A stretch of DNA of 64,000 nucleotides from a virus, in the UHGV virus genome UHGV-1493261; one strand, written 5' to 3'. A program made the position numbers and the translations under genes. The notes beneath the pieces were generated by a model. That model searched no databases and was not told the origin of the DNA. It was given only the letters and a program-made list of their open reading frames with translations. Below are positions 46,825 through 55,490 of this stretch, one piece after another. Every line of letters starts with the position of its first letter. The stretch's first letter is position 1.

Positions 46825-48242
46825 AGGGAGTTCAAATCTTCCGAGAAGACCCAGAAGTAGATTCCTGGTGTCACATCCATGACGTATGCACCCTCAAAGT
46901 CGGTCGGACCATCGTATACACGCTGGATCTTAGGCACTATCCCCTTCTCATACAGGCGATAGTAGCACATGGCCAGCCACGGAGCCACAGTGCCCAGACC
47001 GTCTTCATAGTTGGACTTGGTGCGGTACGCAAGGACGAACATCAGCTGGAGCAGACGCAGCTTCTGTTCAAGTCGCCATACCAGCTTAACGTCTTTGATA
47101 CCATATCGGGTGTGTTTGCAGTAGTCGTTGAAGTACAGATCAAAGAGCGACTTGCTCTCACTGTAGTCCATCTTCTTCTCACCCAGCTCACAATACGCAA
47201 TCCAGTCAAGAGAGTAGCGTTCACGGGTGGTGTACGTGTGTTTCTTGTAGATCTGCATATAATCGAGCATAGGGCAACCCACGAACTGATACGTCGTGAT
47301 GTCACCCTTCTTATCACGGATGATGCGCTTCTTAATGATGCCCCAAGGACTGAGGCGCGACGTTTCAGCCTCACCCAGAACCTGATTCATGCGCTCAACA
47401 AGATAAGGGCTATCAAACGTCTCAATGTTCCAGCCAGTCCATCCGTCGAACTGACGCTGTGACCAGAAGTCTAGGAACGAGCGCAGCAGATCTTGTTCGG
47501 TGGTGAACTCCTGATAAACAACCTCAAGGCCGCCGATCTCTTTGTCTTCGGTGTCATATGCGAACTTATTGCGGTCTTTGGCACAGGGCATACCCCAGAC
47601 CATGAACTTATTGGTCGCCATATCCTGAAGCTGGATCAGGGTAATGGGGAACGCCGCATTCATGTCTTGGGTGATCTTGCCGTTGCTGTCAATGATAGGG
47701 AACTGATCAGTGACGTTGTTGCTGATGAAAGAACCAGGGAAGTGCTCACGGACAAAATCATGGTTGGCCAGCACTTGTTTATGGAAGCGGCGAATGCGCG
47801 CCTCATTCCCTTTGAACGTCTGCTGCTCAATGGTTGGGTGAGGGAATGGACCTTTGGTCATCTTTCCGTCTTTCCACCCGGCGGAGAACACTTCGATATC
47901 GAGGTTAGCAATATGGATGTTGGTGTAATCCGGCTCAATCTTTCCAGGAAAGCTATGGGCGATGAACTGGTATGCATAATCGGTCTGCCCGTAAATGGCA
48001 GCACCCTGGACTTCCTTGTACTCTTCAAGATAGTTGTCAGCGTCACGCATGGAAGGGAACTGCTTGGCTACCAGGGGTTCATTGAGCAGGCCGACCTTTT
48101 CAACATTTGAATAGTCAGCCGTGGGTAAATAGAGAGTAGGTTCGAATTTCTTTTTCAACAGACGGCGATTACCCATGTCATCTGCAATTCGAATCAACAG
48201 GTCATTGCCCCTGCGGGCAACGTTCGTATAGAAAACGGTCAT
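46825..48242 (-). CDS. DNA polymerase (family B, T4 gp43-like), exon 1
   Basis: N-terminal 3'-5' exonuclease domain (Exo I ANLDIEV); ends in the first half of motif A (DLNSL). Confidence 0.8.
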
Positions 48243-48321
48243 GTAATTCTCCAGGTTATCCGTGCCGTTAGCACGTGGGCATATTTAACCATAGAGCCAT
48301 TCATTGACCAAGGAGTTTATT

Positions 48322-48894
48322 ATGGCAATCCCCCTCGTTGGTATGATCCCAGGGGTGCTCAAGCAACTCTGGAACCTCGGGACTGATTTGATCCAATATA
48401 AGCGGGAAGTTGTACAGGCCAAACACGACGTCAAGCTGGAGGCCATCAAGTCCTCCTCAGATTGGGAGCTGTCTAAGATTACCGAAGTCGGCGGATCTTG
48501 GAAAGACGAATTCTGGACTATCGTGTTGGCCATACCCGCCATCCTCGTCATGACTGCTCCGGTTGTGGAACTGATTCTGTTCCCTGGTGAGTATCATAAA
48601 GGGGATTTCATCAAAGCAGTAATCGGTGGCCTTCAGGCACTAGATACCGCGCCTGAATGGTATACCTATTCGTTATTGACAGCAATTAGTGCATCATTCG
48701 GTATCAAAGGCTACAACCACTACAAAAGCAACAGGCGAAAAGCCCAAGCTATGGATGCTCTCAAGCAATTTGGGGTTCGGGTCGTACAGAAAGATCCCAC
48801 TGTTGTTACTCAGTCGGGTTCTCCCGATCTTGAGTCTGCTCCCCCAGCTGGGTCTACTGCGACCTCTGGTGCGTGGCCTGATCTGAAGAAATAA
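48322..48894 (+). CDS. Hypothetical membrane protein
   Basis: Start at ATG after AAGGAG (ORF-track TTG at 48304 not used); hydrophobic segments. Confidence 0.5.
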   Translation: MAIPLVGMIPGVLKQLWNLGTDLIQYKREVVQAKHDVKLEAIKSSSDWELSKITEVGGSWKDEFWTIVLAIPAILVMTAPVVELILFPGEYHKGDFIKAVIGGLQALDTAPEWYTYSLLTAISASFGIKGYNHYKSNRRKAQAMDALKQFGVRVVQKDPTVVTQSGSPDLESAPPAGSTATSGAWPDLKK

Positions 48895-48900
48895 GTTCAA

Positions 48901-48925
48901 GGGGAGGAAACTCCCCTTTCTTTTG
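48901..48925 (+). terminator. Intrinsic terminator (GNRA tetraloop)
   Basis: GGGGAG-GAAA-CTCCCC followed by TTTCTTTT, right after the stop at 48894. Confidence 0.65.
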
Positions 48926-48936
48926 GTGTTTAGGGA

Positions 48937-49149
48937 ATGAAAGTGGTAAACAAGAGATTGCTCGTCACCCAAGGCGGGGCGACGATAGTGCGCGGAAGGA
49001 TCTATGAACAGACACAGCTGGGTGATCACAAGACGCGCCTGACTGTCAAGGCTCCCGATGGTGGTTGGCCGACAAAGGTGATTGTCCCTGACGGTCTCAT
49101 AGAACGAGGGACGGCAACGTACAAGGGAGCAGAGTTCAAAATTTATTAA
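48937..49149 (+). CDS. Hypothetical protein
   Basis: 70-aa ORF. Confidence 0.45.
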   Translation: MKVVNKRLLVTQGGATIVRGRIYEQTQLGDHKTRLTVKAPDGGWPTKVIVPDGLIERGTATYKGAEFKIY

Positions 49150-49244
49150 AATATTTATTGAATAAAGTTTACTTCTTCAATAACTGGCGTATACTTCTAA
49201 TTGTAGTACGAACAAACAACAATCTGAAGAGAAGGAAATACATC

Positions 49245-49802
49245 ATGGCAATCGAAATTATCGCTCAATCCAAATCTGGCAAAACTGTAATGTACGGTAC
49301 TGAAGAAGGCCGCACAATCACCACTCTGGTCACAATTGACGGTTCCAACCCAGTGAAAGGTGGTCGCTACCTGGTTGAATACGGTTCACGCCTGCTGATG
49401 GTAAGCAAAGTCGATGGTCGTGAAATCATGATTCCCCGCAAAGAGTACTTCGACTCACGCATTGAAGCCATGAACTTCTTCCTTTTCCAGGAACGTCACG
49501 AACTGTTCGTTGAAGCGAAAGACGCAGGCCTGGACGATGCGACTGCCGAGCTGATTGCCGAAGGTAAAATGTCCCTCGAGGAAGCTCTGGGTGACATGGA
49601 TTGCGAAGCCGAAGCCCATTACATCGAATATTCCGCTTATCAGAATGAATGTGAAGACGATCTTGAAGATGACGGCTTCGACCCTGACCTTCACGGTGGC
49701 GAGGATGACAATACTCCTTCACTGGAAGTGATCATGGCAGGCGGTCAGGCCGCCTGGGAGTGGCAGAACGAAAAGAACGCCTGGCTGGATTCCCGCCTTT
49801 AA
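49245..49802 (+). CDS. Hypothetical protein with acidic C-terminus
   Basis: Start at internal ATG (MAIEIIAQSK) with AGAAGGAAA RBS; promoter-like TTTACT-16 nt-TATACT upstream. Confidence 0.5.
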   Translation: MAIEIIAQSKSGKTVMYGTEEGRTITTLVTIDGSNPVKGGRYLVEYGSRLLMVSKVDGREIMIPRKEYFDSRIEAMNFFLFQERHELFVEAKDAGLDDATAELIAEGKMSLEEALGDMDCEAEAHYIEYSAYQNECEDDLEDDGFDPDLHGGEDDNTPSLEVIMAGGQAAWEWQNEKNAWLDSRL

Positions 49803-49816
49803 TGTGAAGAAATAAA

Positions 49817-49842
49817 GAAAGGGGCTTAACGCCCCCTTTCTT
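49817..49842. terminator. Bidirectional intrinsic terminator between convergent genes
   Basis: AAAGGGGC-TTAAC-GCCCCCTTTCTT between the plus-strand stop (49802) and minus-strand stop (49841). Confidence 0.6.
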
Positions 49843-50299
49843 ATTCATCCCAGAAGTCGTCATCATCCCCGACAGCAGCCAGTTCCGTGTCAAGTTCTTC
49901 ATCAGTAAACGGTGGCAGCACCCCGTTCTGAATCAGATAATCCATCTCATCGTCTTCCAGCTGCAGATCAGTGGCAATATACAGCGCTCCACTGCCCTCT
50001 TCGTCCGTCTCGATGCTATACGAAGTGTATGGCACCCCATTCACCGTGATGATAATAGAGGTCGGATCCTCTTGATCTACGTGCGCCTCAAACGGTACGC
50101 CATCAATCGGCGCATCTTCCAAGAAGGTGGCAAGGGCTACTGCAGCACGAACAACATCAGTGCCTTCAACGCCTGCATAGATCTCTTCCGCACCCGTCTC
50201 TTCACGTTCAAACAACTCAATCGTGATACCGTCTTGAACACCAGTCCATACGGGGATGTCATTGGTGTATTCTGATTCAAACAATTTGGAGGTTGGCAT
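49841..50299 (-). CDS. Highly acidic protein
   Basis: 152 aa, extremely Asp/Glu-rich (ends DDDDFWDE); preceded by two copies of the CCTAAATACCCC motif. Confidence 0.5.
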   Translation of the reverse strand: MPTSKLFESEYTNDIPVWTGVQDGITIELFEREETGAEEIYAGVEGTDVVRAAVALATFLEDAPIDGVPFEAHVDQEDPTSIIITVNGVPYTSYSIETDEEGSGALYIATDLQLEDDEMDYLIQNGVLPPFTDEELDTELAAVGDDDDFWDE

Positions 50300-50444
50300 G
50301 TTAGGTTCCTCAGTGGGTTAGCCATATGGGGTATTTAGGCTTCCCGCTTGGCAAAGCCTGGTTTGTACAGGACGCATATCGGAAATGTTGGAGGAAGGTT
50401 TTCATAGATACCCCACACTGGTTGTATGGGGTATTTAGGAGGGA

Positions 50445-51659
50445 TCAGGAAGGGGTGAATTCGTTTACAGGCACTGCTTCGGGGATAGCCAGTTCAGGAC
50501 ATGCTGCCTTCATCGGCTCGATGTACGGCTTGCTACCCACAATCCAGAACAGAGTGTTCTCATTGAGCAACTCTGGCTTGTTCTGCTGGATCCAGGTCAT
50601 GACCTTGCCTTCATAGCGAGGATGCAACTCAATATCACCCCACTGATATTCCATCAGGTCATTGTAACGAACCCAATTAGTGGTGTGAAGATCCCAATGG
50701 TGTACCTCAAAGCGAGGAAGCACGACCTCTGGCTCTTCCTTCTGCCTGATACCACTTAGGAGGCCAGCCAGAGAAACGCTCTTAGAGGCATGCTGAAGCT
50801 CCTTCTTACCGTGTACATAGTCTGGGTTGTCGTGATAACGACGAGTGAAGTCGACAATGTGTGGCAGATTCGCCTGTTTACCGATGATGCGCAGGCGGCT
50901 CTCGATAAAGTCAAGGCGGTTAGGACCGATGCCGATCAGATACACACGCTTCAGATTAGGTTTAGGGTGCATCGCCAGTCCAGTCAGAATGCTTGTGCAT
51001 GAGTTGCAGGATCCAGCAGGGATAATCAGATCGGTAATATGGTCAGGGATGTTGGCAACCTGCTCGCCACCCAGCATATGGAACCCAGCAATCCTCTCAG
51101 GGGAGTGGGTTGTATGGTCGAGAGTGATACCATACTCCAGATAATACGCCTTTGGATTCTGTTGTTCGATCAACTTCTTACAGCGCGGCTGGATGGTGCT
51201 GTTGTATCCCGATCCGACGAAGTTGAACTCACTACCAAACCAGGCCGACATTGCCACCATGTCGTGGTTCATACATGTCGTGGGTTTGGTCGCGCCGAGT
51301 ACAGTAGTTGTGTGGCCACCGAAGTGCCGAGAGACTGCTGTCGCCATAGGGGACTGTGGACTACCAACGACAGTGCCGTGGATGATGTCGGGGGAGCCTC
51401 CGGCCTTGAGGTGCTCAACCATCAGCCAGATGGCCTGACGGAGTTTGCTGCCGTTGATACCCTGTTGGCCATTCGCGTAATTGGACAACGGTGCGAAGTA
51501 ATCTTCACGCTTGAACCAGACCTGCTGGTTGGTTTCGGGATTGACGACAAGTTCACACGGGGTGTGCTTGTAGAGATAGTCTTCCCAGTGAACCAGATTG
51601 CGGTCGAGGGAAAGGGTATCGAAAATGGTCTTGTTCATTCTATTTTCTCCTGTAGACAT
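50445..51659 (-). CDS. PLP-dependent fold-type II enzyme (ACC deaminase / D-cysteine desulfhydrase-like)
   Basis: 404 aa. FKREDYF ... GINGSKLRQAIWLM ... GTVVGSPQSPMATAVSRHFGGHTTTVLG parallels the ACC-deaminase pattern KRDD ... GGNKTRKLE ... TAGGIQSNHARQTAA with the PLP Lys in N-G-S-K. Confidence 0.55.
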   Translation of the reverse strand: MSTGENRMNKTIFDTLSLDRNLVHWEDYLYKHTPCELVVNPETNQQVWFKREDYFAPLSNYANGQQGINGSKLRQAIWLMVEHLKAGGSPDIIHGTVVGSPQSPMATAVSRHFGGHTTTVLGATKPTTCMNHDMVAMSAWFGSEFNFVGSGYNSTIQPRCKKLIEQQNPKAYYLEYGITLDHTTHSPERIAGFHMLGGEQVANIPDHITDLIIPAGSCNSCTSILTGLAMHPKPNLKRVYLIGIGPNRLDFIESRLRIIGKQANLPHIVDFTRRYHDNPDYVHGKKELQHASKSVSLAGLLSGIRQKEEPEVVLPRFEVHHWDLHTTNWVRYNDLMEYQWGDIELHPRYEGKVMTWIQQNKPELLNENTLFWIVGSKPYIEPMKAACPELAIPEAVPVNEFTPS

Positions 51660-51708
51660 TGGCTTATCATAGTGTATCTACAGGAGTATAGAAAAGGAGA
51701 ATCTCGGC

Positions 51709-52371
51709 TTATTTCTTGAATAAACGAAGGAACTTCATCATGTTGTCCATGAAAGTCGGCTTCTTGACCTTTTGTTTTACCGGAGCGCCCTGATCATTCA
51801 GAACACGACTGACCGGAGGAGTAGGCGGTGTCGGCGCTTTCGTTTCACAGGCCGGAACGATGTTCACGTCATGATGAGAAGACTCAGCTGTAGTGTTAAC
51901 AACATTGTTCTCCTGGACGACGACAGGCTTGACGAGATTCTTTTCATACTCGCGAGCCATGGCCTGGTACTTCCGATTCTCTGCGTCAAAGTCCATAGAA
52001 ACGACTTTACGACGGCGGCGCGTCGCGCTCTCATCACCATAGAAATCGTATCCGTTCTTGACCAGCCAGTGTACAGCTTGGACAAATGAATGGAAGATCA
52101 TGAACGGCTGGCCATTACCCTCTTCAGCAGCGGTGATGCCGGTGTAGCCCATGAGCACAACCTGACCCTTTACGTCGAGGTCAAAGGATGTACATTCACC
52201 GTGCTGGTTCAGATCACGCGGAGCCAGCTGGGAATCACGATGGATATAATTCGGCGACAAAAACTCATTCAGAGTTCGTTTGTTGCCTTTGTATTCAAAC
52301 AGACGAATACAGATGGGAGTTGTCAGTTCATGCCATTCGGCATCGTTGACCCAGATAGAAACATTACGCAT
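51709..52371 (-). CDS. Hypothetical protein
   Basis: 220-aa ORF; Pro/Thr-rich linker and basic C-terminus. Confidence 0.5.
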   Translation of the reverse strand: MRNVSIWVNDAEWHELTTPICIRLFEYKGNKRTLNEFLSPNYIHRDSQLAPRDLNQHGECTSFDLDVKGQVVLMGYTGITAAEEGNGQPFMIFHSFVQAVHWLVKNGYDFYGDESATRRRRKVVSMDFDAENRKYQAMAREYEKNLVKPVVVQENNVVNTTAESSHHDVNIVPACETKAPTPPTPPVSRVLNDQGAPVKQKVKKPTFMDNMMKFLRLFKK

Positions 52372-52471
52372 CGGTGTATCCTCAAATCAATGGATAGGGG
52401 TTTAACGGTTAAATTTTAAACCATTCTATCTCATTGAACAAATACAGAATGGGAAGGATGGACAAAAGAAA

Positions 52472-52500
52472 GCCGGATAAGGACATCCGGCTATACCACA
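52472..52500 (-). terminator. Intrinsic terminator
   Basis: Minus strand AGCCGGAT-GTCCTT-ATCCGGCTTTCTTTTG, downstream of the tRNA island. Confidence 0.55.
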
Positions 52501-52709
52501 TCGATGGGATGGGTTGAAAGACTACACGCTTGCACTGGTACTGCCTTATGGGAGAGCGCGTCAGGAGTCGAACCTGAAGTCGTAAGCGTAGAGAAAGCTA
52601 TTTGCATTTCACTATCCCCGCTCCGATTTTCTTAACTTCCTAAACACCCCGATTACGAGAGAGTCGACATGCACATCTTCTAACTCTTCAGGAAGTCACG
52701 CCCGTAATT

Positions 52710-52798
52710 TGGCGGAAGGTGAAGGATTCGAACCTTCGGGGGCTAAAAGCCCCACTCGATTAGCAGTCGAGTCCCTTAAACCTCTCGGGCAACCTTCC
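52710..52798 (-). tRNA. tRNA-Ser (anticodon GCT)
   Basis: Manual cloverleaf: acceptor GGAAGGT/ACCTTCC, anticodon loop CTGCTAA, long variable arm GGGGCTTTTAGCCCC, T-loop GGTTCGAATCC, encoded CCA. Confidence 0.7.
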
Positions 52799-53016
52799 AA
52801 TTTGGACGGGCTTCGCACCCGATTGAGCATTTGATCTGCCGTAGCCCAACTCCCCGCGCTTCACAGCGCCGATTGGTTAACTGGTGACCAGTGCCTTCTG
52901 GTTAGATCCCCTGGAACTTTACAGGCTTCGCGCCCAACCATTTCTGGAAGTTGAGGCATCGTTTCCGATGTGGAGTCCCCTCATTTTACACAGCTGGCTG
53001 CAACGCTTACCGTGTT

Positions 53017-53100
53017 TGGTGTGAGTGGATGGATTCGAACCACCGCGCTGTTACGGGGAGATTTACAGTCTCCTGCATTCGACCGCTCTGCCACACTCAC
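53017..53100 (-). tRNA. tRNA-Tyr (anticodon GTA)
   Basis: Acceptor GTGAGTG/CACTCAC, anticodon stem GGAGA/TCTCC with loop CTGTAAA, 12-nt variable arm, T-arm GGTGG-TTCGAAT-CCATC, encoded CCA. Confidence 0.65.
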
Positions 53101-53216
53101 ATTTGGTGGGTGTTACTATCGTCGTCTTCGGATTCCGTTCGGCTATTGGACGTCGCTTCAAGAGCTTGTCGGTCGCGTACTTCTTGCCTATTCACTTTCG
53201 TTCACACCCATAATTC

Positions 53217-53291
53217 TGGCGGTGCCTCAAGGACTCGAACCTTGCTATCACGGATTAACAGTCCGCCGCTTCACCATTTAGCTAAAGCACC
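53217..53291 (-). tRNA. tRNA-Asn (anticodon GTT)
   Basis: Acceptor GGTGCTT/AGGCACC (one G-U), anticodon loop CTGTTAA, T-arm CAAGG-TTCGAGT-CCTTG, discriminator G, CCA. Confidence 0.7.
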
Positions 53292-53299
53292 TGAATATT

Positions 53300-53375
53300 T
53301 GGCATGCCCTCCAGGACTCGAACCTGGGTTGTACGGTTTTGGAGACCGACCTCATAGCCGCCAGATCAAGGGCAC
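53300..53375 (-). tRNA. tRNA-Trp (anticodon CCA)
   Basis: 76 nt with canonical numbering: T-arm CCAGG-TTCGAGT-CCTGG, anticodon loop CTCCAAA, acceptor GTGCCCT/AGGGCAT, CCA. Confidence 0.7.
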
Positions 53376-53443
53376 ACACCTTACAACGAACTATACTGTA
53401 TAAAGGTTATTGAAACAAACGTTTATTTTATTCAACCATAATA

Positions 53444-53520
53444 TGGTGATCCTGATTGGGTTTGAACCAATGACCAATGAATTATGAGTTCACTGCTCTA
53501 ACCGACTGAGCTACAGGACC
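53444..53520 (-). tRNA. tRNA with CAT anticodon (elongator Met or Ile-lysidine type)
   Basis: Acceptor GGTCCTG/CAGGATC, canonical D-arm TAGCTCAGTCGGTTAGAGC, anticodon loop CTCATAA, T-arm ATTGG-TTCAAAC-CCAAT, CCA. Anticodon stem lacks initiator features. Confidence 0.7.
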
Positions 53521-53736
53521 AAATTATTGTGTGACCAACCAAGGACTGTCAACCCTTTATCCCGTTTGTGCATGATCGGTTCATGCAGGCCTCTTTGTGC
53601 TGCCTCACGGCATGCGCTTCTGTTGGTCATTGGCTTACACTGTGGCCTCACAACAGGCGTTTATTTTTCCAGGGCTTTCCACTTGCAAGTCTTGACCATA
53701 CAGGGATACGGGCTTGCAAGATCGGGTTGGACACAA

Positions 53737-53811
53737 CTTTGATGGCTCTGGTATTAAAGATCCCGCGTCACCCATAGACATGGTTTATAAATCCAGAGCC
53801 ATCAAAGTTGC
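53737..53811. repeat. 18-bp perfect inverted repeat around a ~39-nt AT-rich spacer
   Basis: CAACTTTGATGGCTCTGG (53737-53754) and its exact reverse complement CCAGAGCCATCAAAGTTG (53794-53811). Confidence 0.7.
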
Positions 53812-55490
53812 AACCAATGTCGTAACTCGCAGCTTCCATACAGAAGCAACTTGTCCTCTAACACTCGGACCAAACGAGGCTGGCTGGTTGATTCAGAGCC
53901 GCTGGTTGATTCAGCAAGCATGGGTTGATAGCCCGGCAACATAGAATCACCCAATGCTCTCTCAAGTTCATAAATCGAAGTGCCCTGACTCAACAGTATG
54001 GCCCAATATGCTGTTATCGTCCACCGGATTGGCCGCCCAATTTGTAGATCAACCTTTGGGTTTAAGATAAATTGCCAAGGCACTTCGATTTGTGTGCCCT
54101 TCACCTGCCAGGGATCAGGGCTGATGGCAAGACTTCGCTCACATCTTTCAAGATACTCGTGAGAATATCCTCAAAGATGTGGTGCCGTTTTAGGGAGTCG
54201 AACCCAAATGTTCGGCCAGCGCTGACCTTACATCCCATCTGACTTAGGCAACCCACCTCTGCTTACTCAGGAGCTTATCCCCTTTGGACAGTCAGATGTA
54301 ACGGCATTTTATTTAACAATTCATTCAACTGATAACTTCAGGGGACCACTCTCATCTCCCCACATTTCGACCGCCCGGGACGGTTTAGTGGTACGTCACT
54401 TGGTCTGTTACATGGTAGGAGCCGATTCTCCCTCGAATTACCTCTTGTTCGTATGCCTACAAACAATTTCACAGATTGCTGACAAGTTATCATGTGAATG
54501 AATTGTCATTGTATGCCCTGACTTATTAATCACATCTCAGGGCCGCGATGCGCCAGATTCTGTTACAGGGAACTGGAATACCCCGCTGACTTATAGGCTA
54601 TTACGCCGCCATCAGAACTTCGGAATCATTAGCAGTTATTTGCTTGGTCAGTTTCTAAAAACCCGCAAAGTCACGCACAACGAAAACGAAAACCTGTTTG
54701 AGTCCTAAACGTACCTGTCTTAGTCTCACAACGCTATGAGTGGCCAGGACTCAAACAGCTTGCCGTTCAGTAGGTTAACTATACTTTGTAACCCGTTATT
54801 GATAAAACTTTTTATTTTGTTGGCGAGGGTGTCACCATCGATTTACCGGAACTTACGCATCCGGCCTCGCCTGTTGGTGCTCCTTCGAATCCGGGAAGAT
54901 CAGTAGGAACTATGAATCAAGTTAATTCAACCAACAGGAACCTTGTTGCCCTTTGACGCAACATTATGAACCCTCTGTGAAGACTCATAATGTTGTCGGC
55001 GTGATGGAGATTAGCGCCCCCGACCTCCCCTTGTGTTGGTGTCGACTTGCCAACGGGGTGCTCTCTGATTCTGAGCTAATCACGCTACAACAGGGAGTTT
55101 CGTTCTCCGACGGTCAAGTGCGTCCACTGACACCATGCAAGGTGGATATTGACTTATGGAGCCGGAGTCCTCGTCCTAGGACTGTGCTTGGCCTCAGCCT
55201 TTACACCGCTGGTAGCCCGACTCTTTACACCATAAAATTTACTATACTACAGCCCAACTAATTTGAAAAGTCCTCTCCTCTTTGAGCTACACTGCCCACA
55301 GCAGTGCGGACGAACCTGAACTCAAAACCGGATGCGCCGAAGTGGGCGCCTGTTTACCGGACTGATCGGGTCGACCCAGGAGAGAGCAGGTAATCCCGAT
55401 CAGAAGGATGAGGAGTAACATCATGTAAAACATAGTGTTCCCTCCCTTCCATGCAAATAACTTTACTGCAATTATTTATTGAATAAAGCG

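Noticed and set aside
47493-48110. Plus-strand 205-aa ORF opposite the polymerase exonuclease domain
   Set aside because: Antisense to a conserved coding region.
50326-50616. Plus-strand 96-aa ORF
   Set aside because: Spans the minus-strand promoter-motif region and the 3' end of the PLP-enzyme gene; starts inside the repeated motif.
51039-51719. Plus-strand 226-aa ORF opposite the PLP-enzyme gene
   Set aside because: Antisense to a gene with a recognisable PLP-fold signature.
52951-53403. Plus-strand ORFs across the tRNA island (also 52970-53281, 53025-53213)
   Set aside because: They run through the reverse complements of four tRNA genes; no protein signal.
53802-54104. Minus-strand 100-aa ORF inside the repeat-rich non-coding segment
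   Set aside because: No RBS identified and it sits among palindromes and tandem repeats; kept only as a low-priority possibility.
54953-55261. Plus-strand 102-aa ORF in the ORF-poor region
   Set aside because: Wrong strand for the local transcription direction, no RBS, isolated.
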